Assembly: GCF_006345805.1 (NCBI RefSeq) | Contig: NC_043008.1 | Coordinates: forward strand, 22,692,001-22,756,000 | Source: Octopus sinensis | Lineage: Eukaryota | DNA: 64,000 nt | Reading direction: 5' to 3' | Shown here: one piece after another, positions 53,701 through 64,000 of the stretch | Layout of the letters: the number at the start of each line of letters is the position of its first letter | How positions within the stretch are numbered: the first letter of the stretch is position 1 | Position numbers and translations under genes: made by a program | The notes under the pieces: model-generated | What the model was told of the DNA's origin: nothing | What the model saw: the letters and a program-made list of their open reading frames with translations, nothing else | The model's database searches: none

Positions 53701-55948
53701 ATTTTCATGGTTGGATGCACTTCCTATCACAAACCCTCACCTTTTTCCAAACAAAGTAATATTTTCCCACAGCCAGACATTTTCTTACAGAAGACTGAAA
53801 ATGAACGACACTGTTTGTATGACAGTCACAATCATTCTGCAACTATTATGTGACGTCAAGACAAGGAGATGCAAACACACACGAAACACTCTTTCTCTCT
53901 CTCCCTCACACACACGACCAGGACCCTTTCAAGTTCCACCCACCAAATCTACTCACAAGGCTAAGTGTGGAGATGTAAACAAACCAATATCGTATTTCTT
54001 TACTACCCACAAGGGGCTAAACACAGAGAGGACAAACAAGGACAGACAAACGAATTAAGTCGATTATATTGACCCCAGTGCGTAACTGGTACTTATTTAA
54101 TCGACCCCGAAAGGATGAAAAGCAAAGTCGACCTTGGCAGAATTTGAACTCAGAACATAGCGGCAGACGAAATACCGCTAACCATTTTGCCCGGCACGCT
54201 AACGTTTCTGCCAGCTCGCCGCCTTGTCAAGCAAGAAGGTAGGAGGACAAACACACACATACACATTCTCCTCCCACCCTCCATATATAAGCATGGCCAT
54301 GTGGTAAGAAGTTTACTTTCTATCCACATGGTTCTAGGTTCAATCCCACTGCACTGCACTCAGGACAGGTGTCTTATATTGTTGTACAAGTCATACAACT
54401 GTACTAACAATGGTTCAATGATTTCTAAATAGACGTATACAATCAATTGAAACAGTTGGCTCCAGTACTTGGCAGTCTTTTTCCGTTTTTTATAATTTTC
54501 ATTCACCTCAAAAAAAAAAAAAAAAAAAAATGAAAGTGAGCCCCTGCCAGAACACGGAGACATGTAATTAAACATCTTAAGGAATTCTGTTTGATGCTCT
54601 TGATGGTATTTCACCTGCTAGCAACAGCTTTCCACCAGTCTTAATATCAAAATACCAGTTAGTAAAATGTAGGAATATGTGTGACACCATGGTGCTAACG
54701 GCTACTTGTAGGTGGGGGAGGAAGTATAGATTGGTAAGTCTTCAGGTTGAATGCAACTATGCTAATTGTAAAATCCCACCCTGTTTTGGCTCTCTTTCTG
54801 CTATTGATAAATAAGATTCCGGAAACAGCAGAAGTTACTGTTAAATTGGCTGGGTCAGAGATATTTCACACGTTTTAATTATGTCAGTGTTGACTGTTGA
54901 TTACTTATCTATCTCCTGCATTGCCTTCATTTAAACAGAATCAGAATAACTGATTTCAAAACTTATAGACTGTGAATTAGAACCAGAATGTTATTGGCTA
55001 AATGCCATTTTAATTGGCAGGTAATTTGGAACAGACTTACTCTTACTCTTTACTCTTTTACTTGTTTCAGTCATTTGACTGCGGCCATGCTGGAGCACCG
55101 CCTTTAGTCGATCAAATCGACCCCGGAACTTATTCTTTGTAAGCCCAGTACTTATTCTATCAGTCTCTTTTGCCGAACCGCTAAGTGGCGGGGACGTAGA
55201 CACACCAGCATCGGTTGTCAAGCAATGCTAGGGGGACAAACACAGACACACAAACACACATATATATATACATATATACGACAGGCTTCTTTCAGTTTCC
55301 GTCTACCAAATCCACTCACAAGGCATTGGTCGGCCCGGGGCTATAGCAGAAGACACTTGCCCAAGATGCCACGCAGTGGGACTGAACCTGCAACCATGTG
55401 GTTGGTTAGCAAGCTACTTACCACACAGCCACTCCTGCGCCTATATATTTTATTTCTACATACTTGAGAAGAGTGAATACTAAAAACTCATTATATGGAC
55501 ATAAAATAAGAACTGTGATTCCTTACAAGGTTGCATGTTTAGCAAGCTATGTAACAAGTAGACACTAGCATTTATTTTATTGTGTCTGGGGAGAGTCATT
55601 CTCTTTTAGTGCCTTATTAATTAACACACTCACCAGTTCGATTTCCACTCATTTACTTATTTATTTAAAAAAAATTTTTTTTTCCTTGCAACTTCTTCAA
55701 TAGTCGTTGACTCTGTCCATTATCAGAGCTGCATTCATTTTGTTTTTTTGTGCACATGTGTGTGCATCAGTGTGCATGTGTATGTATGTATATATATATA
55801 AACTATTTATAAGTAAGGGCAAAACAAAAAATTCCTAATGCCAAAATATGCTGAAAATAGACATAGCGTCAATCAATAACCATGTAATTTATCACTACAA
55901 GCACGTGTTTCGAAGACAGCCGACAGAAATTTCTAAAAAATCCTGTTA

Positions 55949-56009
55949 TTACCATATCGGACCCGATTTCAGAGTTAGTTCATAAGAACCTTCCCTTCAT
56001 CAGTGATAA
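55949..56009 (-). ncRNA. Type I hammerhead ribozyme motif (sense in the SLC35A4 intron)
   Basis: Reverse complement reads TTATCA-CTGATGA-AGGGAAGGTTCTTATGAACTAACTCT-GAA-ATCGG gt CCGAT-A^TGGTAA. Confidence 0.72.
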
Positions 56010-56244
56010 ATGCGGCAAAGAAATAAGTGAAATATTTACTTATACCCACGGAAGAAGCGAGCACTAAGTCATGAGTACAATTAAGTACACCAAATATATC
56101 CAAAATAGAAACTCTCTAGCTCATCTCAAGACACGTGTAACTCAAACTGAAAAACTCTCGTAAAGTGAGAGAGTCTGGAAGTGAACACTATTAAATTAAC
56201 ATCCGTGGGTATAAGTAAGTATTTCACTTATTTCTTTGCTGCAT

Positions 56245-56305
56245 TTATCACTGATGAAGGGAAGGTTCTTATGAACTAACTCTGAAATTGGGTCCAATAT
56301 GGTAA
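56245..56305 (+). ncRNA. Type I hammerhead ribozyme motif (antisense to SLC35A4)
   Basis: TTATCA-CTGATGA-AGGG aa GGTTC ttat GAACT aa CTCT-GAA-ATTGG gt CCAAT-A^TGGTAA. Confidence 0.7.
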
Positions 56306-57019
56306 TAACAGGATGTTTTAGAAGTTTCTGTTGGCTTTCTTCGAAACACATGCTTGTAGTGATAAATTACATGGTTATTGATGTTATGTCTATTTTTGGC
56401 ATATTTTGGCATTAGAAATTTTTTCTTTTGCCCTTACTTATAAATTGTTTATAAATTTAACCTTTAAAGGGATTTTTTAATATGCTGGCCATTGAGAGAA
56501 TTTTTTTCGAAAAATTTTATCCTACATTTGATGTTAATTTAATAGTGTTCACTTCCGGACTCTCCCACTTTACGAGTGTTTAAGAAGAGCACCTAGCCAT
56601 AGAAACCATGCCAAGGCAGACATTGGAGCATGATGTAGTCCTTGAATTGATCAGATTCTGTTGAACTGTCCAACCCATGCCAGCATGGAAGATGGGTGTT
56701 GAAAGATGATGTCGATGATTTAACATACTTCACACACTGAGTTCTAATTCTCCAATTTATGCCCCCAAACCTATACCCACCAAATAGACCCCTCCCCCAC
56801 TACAAGGCACACATGTACACACACAATCATGCACATGCATGTATATGCACACACACACACATACACATGCTTGTATGCATATTTGCACACACACACAGTC
56901 ACAATCATGCACACGCAGGCACACATGCATGTATATATATACATACACACACAATTATGCACACGCAAACACACACACACACACTGGCACAAAACACAGA
57001 GGCCAGAAACACTGATTAC

Positions 57020-57184
57020 CTGGTAAGTTGTGGGGTCCATTTGTAGTTGCATATGTACAGCTATGTTGTTATTTATGAAGTACAGAATGGCTGGAACTGC
57101 GAATGGAATACAAAACCAAAAAGATGGAACCTGGAAGCCAGTTTTCCAGCTGTCGATGGAAAATAAGGTTACAGAGATCACAAT
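57020..57184 (-). CDS. SLC35A4: SLC35A4-like nucleotide-sugar transporter, most 5' coding exon found (internal exon)
   Basis: Reverse strand: acceptor TCTCGTTTCAG; IVISVTLFSIDSWKTGFQVPSFWFCIPFAVPAILYFINNNIAVHMQLQMDPTTYQ; donor GTAATC; phase 0/0. PA.LY..NNN....Q..MDP.TYQ is an SLC35A motif. Confidence 0.92.
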
Positions 57185-57565
57185 CTGAAACGAGAGAAAA
57201 ACAGAGGAAATCAGTAAAACAATAGCTGACTCACATCATGTTGTTGTAGTTCATTGTCAGGTCAGCCAGCTGGCAGAGCTAGAGTGTATACTGCCCAGGA
57301 CAACCCAGAGCCATCCCACTAACCTATACAGACTTATATAGCAGACCCCAAAATGCTACTTCCAGAAAAGCATTACCCAGGCTGGATGTTGGTCATGCTG
57401 GTGGAGGGAAACTAAAGCGACAAACAGAGTGGGAGTGAGTGACAGTCAGAGACACTAAATGCAGGTGAACTACAGTGAACTATCATTCACATAACATTCA
57501 TAACTTATGTATATTATATATATTGAATAATGAGGGTGAATAAAATTATAGATCATCATCATTCA

Positions 57566-57830
57566 TCATTGTTCGACCGTGGTTGAGACAATGGAATTTA
57601 CTATGTTACGCCAGACTTCACGGTCCATCATAGCATTACGGAGGTCCTGTTGCTGGATGCCTGTATCCCTGGAGATTACATCAGGGTAGGAGTGTGTGCG
57701 CCCTCTGGTATTGCGAGTAGATGGCTTCCAGAGGAGAAGAGTAGAAATTACTTCTTTTTCAGCTCTACAACAATGTCCAGCAAACTGGACTCTCCTACCT
57801 TTCACAAGAGATGACACAGGTGGTAGTTTC
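57566..57830 (-). mobile_element. RTE-clade LINE 3' fragment
   Basis: RRVQFAGHCCRAEKEVISTLLLWKP...RGR....YPDVISRDTG...L.NAMMDREVWR; (GAT)n-like tail. Confidence 0.88.
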
Positions 57831-57934
57831 CCATATATTTGTATACTGCCCAGGACAACACCAGAGTCATCCCACTACCCTTATTTTAACACCGAGCGAC
57901 CTAGCACAATAAACCGGGGATACAAATTCATATT

Positions 57935-58355
57935 TATCCGTAAATATAAGAGAGCCAACTTTGAATATGTTAACTCTAGTGCTAGAAATAGCTCCACTGG
58001 TAGTCGCCAACGATAATTCCACATAGAAATAGCACTTTTCGGCGGGGAATTCGTAACTACAACCCTGAATGTAATTGACGAGACCACATGGTTAATCGTC
58101 GCCTGTATCGGTCTGATTAATTATATTGACAAATGTTGCTGACGAATCATAGACAATTATGTAAGTATAATCTGCATATTTTGTTAATGAGGAAACAATT
58201 GTACAACATTAATCCATTATTTGGTTGTATTTCAATTTCATAGCGTTGATTGTAGTGCTATTTCTATGTGGAATTATCGTTGGCGACTACCGGTGAAGCT
58301 ATTTCTAGCACTAGAGTTAACATATTCAAAGTTGGCTCTCTTATATTTACGGATA
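57935..58355. mobile_element. MITE/foldback with ~102-bp near-perfect TIRs
   Basis: 57935-58036 versus 58254-58355, 2 mismatches seen; TA at both ends. Confidence 0.85.
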
Positions 58356-59174
58356 TATTATATATATATATATTTTCCCTTTGTGTTAGACTATTTTTAC
58401 ATGCTAGCCTTTCCTGATATTAGCCCCTTTTTCTTTTTCACAAAATAAAGGATGAGGACAGATGTTTAAAGAAGTGCTGAGCTCAAACTGTGGAGAGACA
58501 GACTCAGGAAGACATGGGACGAAGTAGTGAAGCATGGTCTTTGAACTTTGGGCCTCCTGGAGACAATGACTAGTGACCAAGGCCTTTGACGATATGCCAT
58601 GCTTGAGATGACCCATCAAGCCAAGTGAAACTGTAGTTGTGGCCGATGCTGGTGTTACACAACTGTTAGCATTTTTGATGATATGCATATGCTATCATTA
58701 TCATCATCGTTTAACGTCCGTTCTCCATGCTAGCATGGGTTGGACGGTTCGACCGGGGATCTGGGAAGCCAGAAGGCTGCACCAGGCTCCAGTCTTATCT
58801 GGCAATGTTTCTACAGCTGGATACCCTTCCTAACGCCAACCACTCCGTGAGTGTAGTGGGTGCTTTTTATGTGCCACCCGCACAGGTGCCAGGCGAGGCT
58901 GGCAACAGCCACGGTCGGATTGGTGCAATTTACGTGCCACCGGCACGGAAGCCAGTTGAGGCGGTGCTGGCATCGGCCACGATTGGGATAGTGCTTTTTA
59001 CGTACCACCAGTCCAGAGGTCCTGGCATCTGCCGGGTGCCAGTCATAGGATTGGTTCAATTTCAATTTTGATTTCACTTGCCCCAACATGTCTTCGCAAG
59101 CAAGGGGGATCATATACATTATATACATGTGGTATGTGTGTGTGTGTGTGTGTGCGTGCAAATATGTATGTGCA

Positions 59175-59219
<45 letters not shown>

Positions 59220-60220
59220 TCTTTCTACTGGAGGTACAAGGCCTCAAATTTGGGGGAGAGGGGACTAGTCGATTACATCAACCCCAGTGTTTCACTGGTA
59301 CTTACTTTTTAACCATGAAAGGATGAAAGGCAAAGCCGACCTCAGTGAAATTTGAACTTAGAACGTAGTGACAAGCAAAATACAGCTAAGCATTTTGTCC
59401 AGTGCGTGAACGATTCTGCCAGCTCACCTTAAAACATTCAAGCGAGGTCATTGCCAGTGCCGCTGGACTGGCTCCTGTGCAGGTGGCATATAAAAAGCAC
59501 CATTTGAGCATGGCTGTTGACAGTACCGCCTGACTGGCCCTCATGTCGGTGGCACATAAAAGCACCTGCTACACTCTCGGAGTGGTTGGCGTTAAGAAGG
59601 GCATCCAGCTGTAGAAGCTCTGCCAGATCAGATTGGAGCCTAGTGCAGCCATAAGGTTCACCAGTCCTCAAATCGTCCAACCCATGCTAGCATGGAAAGC
59701 GGACGTTAAACGATGATGATAATGATGATATATACACACACACATCTTCTCTTTCTTGTAAACTCTCCCTCTCTCTGGCTGGGTAACCATGTACCTCCTC
59801 TATAGCAAGACACCTGTTTCTGCCTCTCTGTCACACTCTAATCTTTCATCATCTGACACAAGCTCACCTCTTCCAATGCCCCTTCCCCCCTCAAAGATTC
59901 CTTGTCTTGCAAATTACTTGGTGACCCTGCCAGTGCTGGTACCATGTAAAAAGCACCCAGTCCACACTGTAAAGTGGTTGGCATTTGGAAGGGCATCCAG
60001 CTGTAAAAACCATGCCAATACTGACTTCGCCTGTACTAGTGCCATGTAAAGAACATTCAGTCCACTCTGTGGTATGGTTGGTGTTAGGAAAGGCATCCAT
60101 CCATAAAAACCATGCCAAAACAGAAATAGAAGCCTGGTGCAGTCTTCTGCTTGGCCAGTTCCTGTCAAACCATCTGATCCATGAGAGCATGGAAGGCAGA
60201 CATTAAACGATGATGATGAT

Positions 60221-60264
<44 letters not shown>

Positions 60265-61799
60265 TAGGCTTTCTACAGTAGTTTCAAGCTACCAAATTCA
60301 CTCATAAGTCATTGATTCACTTAGGACTATAGAAGACACCCAAGGTGTTTGCACAGTGGGATTGAACCCAGGACCATGTAGCCACTAAACGCAGTCGTTA
60401 ACCAGCTAGCAAAGGCCTGCACGTATACACCACACACACACAGACACATCCACGTCTGTGTGTGTGTGTGTTAAGAGAGTTGTTGATTGGTTGAAGTATT
60501 GTGGAATACTTAGAAGACAGCATTAACCATTGTTAATAAGATTAACGACTTCATTGAAATGTTACCTTACTGCAGAAATAATTATTTCTAACGAAACTTT
60601 CAATACATTAGCGATTGTTATTAATGACGTTTAATGTCGCAATTAGAAAGACTTCGATAACGCAGTTTTATATGCATACATAATAAATGAAAATGCATGA
60701 GAAGCTGAGGCCAGTTGATTCCTGATTGAATTTGGTAGATGGAAGCTAGCCCATTGTCTATATATACATATATATATATATATAGGTTAGCAGTTGGAAT
60801 AACCAAATAAAGGATAAGAATATCCATTTTACTACCAGTATAAATTACCTATATCAACCCTGGGCATACATATGCAAGCATATTATGCTCATAGGATACA
60901 GGCAATATCCTTTAAGGTGGTGAGCTGCCAGAAACGTTAGCATGCCGGGGCGAAATGCTTAGCGGTATTTCGTCTGCCGCTATGTTCTGAGTTCAAATTC
61001 CACCGAGGTTGACTTTGCCTTTCATCCTTTCGGGGTCGATTAAATAAGTACCAGTTATGCACCAGGGTCGATATAATCGGCTTAATCCGTTTGTCTGTCC
61101 TGGTTTGTCCCCTCTGTGCGTAGCCCCTTGTGGGCAGTAAAGAAATAGGATACAGGCAATAACAAAGATAAACAAGAGTTTATCAGAAATAACATTTTAA
61201 TTAAGCAGAAAATGGAGAAATCTTGATCAACAACAATGGACTACCATCAATTATTATTTTTTCGTATTAAAAAATAATAATTGTTGTTGATCAAGATTTC
61301 TCCATTTTCTGCTAAATTAAAATTTTATATATATATATATATAATATATATATATACATAAATTGAGAAAATCTTGAATGCAATACAATAGCAGTGAAAA
61401 CAGCTTTAGAAAATAGGGTAAAAACACCCGTATAAAAGGGAAGAAAATATTTTTTTCCCATCTATGAGAGTATTTTAACCAAATTTCCTAATGTTGCTTT
61501 CACATCTTATACTCTCACATTCAAGATTTTCTTAATTTCTAAATATATTTCATTCACTCAATGCTTCAATGTTTGTTCATCTGTATATGTGTCTGTGTGT
61601 ATATATATATATGACTCACACAGAGTGTGCTCAGAAAGTATACAAATTTTTTCTACCTGCCAAATCTAATACTGCATGGGTAAAATGTTTTGCCCATGTA
61701 GCATGTTTTGCCTTCCTGCACATGCAGGAAAATTTTTGCCCTGGTTGGCCACATTAATTTGTTGGGTGTTTTGTCTAGGGCAGAAAAGTGTAGTGCATG

Positions 61800-62480
61800 C
61801 CTATCAGATTTTCATTTACACACAAAATGAGCAAATGCATTGAAAAACAATATTGCATCAAGTTTTGCCAAAAGCTAAAACCAACCAGAAGATACAGCAG
61901 GCCTTTGGCAGTGATGCCATGGCCAAAACTCAGATCAAGGAATGGTACAACAGCTTCAAACATGGCCACACCTCAGTGGAGAGCAAGACATGCTCAAGCA
62001 GGCCATCAATAAACTGAAACGAGGAGCCAATTGAGATGGTTTGCCGAATAGTCGTGGAAGACCATCATGTAACAATCCAGGAAATTACTCACAAAGTGGG
62101 AATAAGCATAAGATCAGTGTATTCCATTTTAATGGAGAATTTATGGACGTGGCGTGTCAGTGAAAAAATAAATTTGGATATTTTTGGGACACACCTCGTA
62201 ATCCAAGCTTTTCTGGTTAAGAACAACATGCCACTTCCACTTATTCAACTGGCTCCCTATTCTCCCAACTTGGTACCATGTGATTATGGCTTTTACCCCC
62301 AACAGAAAACCACTCTGAACGGGAAGTGGTTTGAGTTGCGAGAGGAAATTATGAGAAAAGTGATGGCGGAGCTCCATATCATTCCAGAGGAGGTGTTCCA
62401 GAGGTTTTTACTAGCAATAGCTGAACCACTGGAGACGTCTGTGAATTTCCTAGGAGAGTATTTTGACAGCAATTAAACAA
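61800..62480 (+). mobile_element. Decayed mariner transposase
   Basis: EKQYCIKFCQKL, QIKEWYNSFKHG.TSVE, I.EITHKVGIS, APYSPNL.PCDY, internally deleted. Confidence 0.85.
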
Positions 62481-62662
62481 AATTTGTGAAATGTACAAAA
62501 CTGCTTTTTTTTTTTATACCCAAAGGCTGAATAATTCTGCTAAATGCATTTCACACACACACACACACACAGGCGCTGTGCTAGAGAAAACTTACCAAAC
62601 CGAAGCAAATAAGGAAGAACAGACATAAAATAATGACAATGCAGATGAAATACATGCAGATG

Positions 62663-62703
<41 letters not shown>

Positions 62704-63231
62704 GCGTGAGTGTGTAAATCAGTCAAAGTACTTGCTGACCAAAGAGACATGAACAGAAGATGTAGAAGACATCATAATGGACATTTTAAGTCTTCATTAA
62801 CAGCATGTCACATCGGATTCATTAACTTAATGCAAGTCGCAACATGACTTTATTGTTTCTTCACAAAACTATACAAGACGAAATAGCTAAGTGCAAAAGC
62901 ATTAGCGAAATATATTACTTGGCTCTGCCACAAATAAAGCCATGCAGCGCTGCAGCTGTTGCTGGTTAGCCGAAGTCAGCTCTGTTTAGGCAAACCAATA
63001 ACAAAAAGATGGCTGATTATATTTAACTGTTTTTTTTTACTTGTTTTAATCGTTGGACTTATGGTCATGCTGGAGCACCTCATTGAAGAATTTTCGTCGA
63101 ACGACTGGATCCTGGTGCTTATTAAGTCTGTTGATCATTTCAGCTGAACTAAGTTAAGGGGATGTAAACAGACCAACATTGGTTGTCAAGTGATGACGGT
63201 GAGAGAAAACATACATACACACGCATATATA

Positions 63232-63300
<69 letters not shown>

Positions 63301-64000
63301 CATCTTTTCTACTCTAGGCACAAGGCCCAAAATTTTGGGGGAGGGGGCCAGTTGATTAGATCGACTCCAGTACACAACTGGTACTTAATTTATTGACCTC
63401 GAAAGGATGTAAAGCAAAGTCAACCCCAGTGAAATTTGAACTCAGAATGTAAAGACAGACAAAACACAACTAAGCATTTCGCCTGGCGTGCTAACATTTC
63501 TGCCAGCTTGCCTTACATATATATATATATAATAAATATTCTTTTATTTGTTTCAGTTATTTGACTGCGGCCTTTAGTCAAACAAATTGCTCCCAGGACG
63601 TATTCTTTGTAAGGCTAGTACTTATTCTATCGGTTTCTTTTGCCAAACCGCTAAGTTATGGGGGACGTAAATAAACACACCAGCATCGGTTGTCAAGCAA
63701 TGGTGAGGGGACAAATACAAACACAAAAACATACACACCCACACACATATATATATGAAATGGGCTTCAGTTTCTGTCTACCAGATCCACTCACAAGGCT
63801 TTGGTTGGCCTGAGACTATAGTAGAAGACACATGCCCAAGGTGCCATGCAGTGGAGCTGAACCCAGAACCATGTGGTTGGTAAGCAAGCTACTTACCATA
63901 CAGCCACTCCTGTGCCTCTCTATATATAATGTATATATATATTCTCTTATTTGTTTCAACCATTTGACTGTGGCCATGCTGGAGCATTGCCTTTTAGTTG

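Larger units (their letters stand above)
55798..56581. mobile_element. Penelope-like pseudo-LTR cluster in inverted arrangement carrying hammerhead motifs
   Basis: Inverted arms 55798-56052 and 56202-56453; a second inverted pair at about 56152-56203 and 56530-56581. Confidence 0.75.

Noticed and set aside
60570-60660. Candidate missing 5' SLC35A4 exon with a GTAAGG donor
   Set aside because: The phase-0 frame (TSLITIANVLKVSLEIIISA) has an in-frame stop just upstream, no good acceptor, and does not resemble the expected SLC35A4 N-terminal helix.

Overview
AT-rich, microsatellite- and SINE-dense animal genomic DNA. The repeat landscape looks like Octopus; this is inferred by recognition, not by database search. 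Two convergent spliced genes were reconstructed by hand with consistent GT-AG sites and phases. (1) A complete 3-exon mitochondrial ATP synthase subunit g gene (ATP5MG/ATP5L, + strand, 6429-14780, 108 aa). (2) Seven coding exons (259 aa) of an SLC35A4-like nucleotide-sugar transporter (- strand, 57184 down to 34207); its 5' exon(s) were not found and probably lie beyond the window. The rest is transposon debris: Tc1/mariner, a TIR-bounded pogo element, RTE LINEs, a CRE-like retrotransposon end, Penelope-like elements, MITEs and several SINE families. The most interesting signals are minimal type I hammerhead-ribozyme folds (two mirror-image copies inside an SLC35A4 intron with pairing-preserving differences, and a separate one near 2.7 kb) and a compact ETS-CRE / ERR-like / NRF1-like motif cluster just upstream of the ATP synthase g start codon. 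Most long ORFs in the supplied track are microsatellite or SINE artefacts. Repeat boundaries are approximate.
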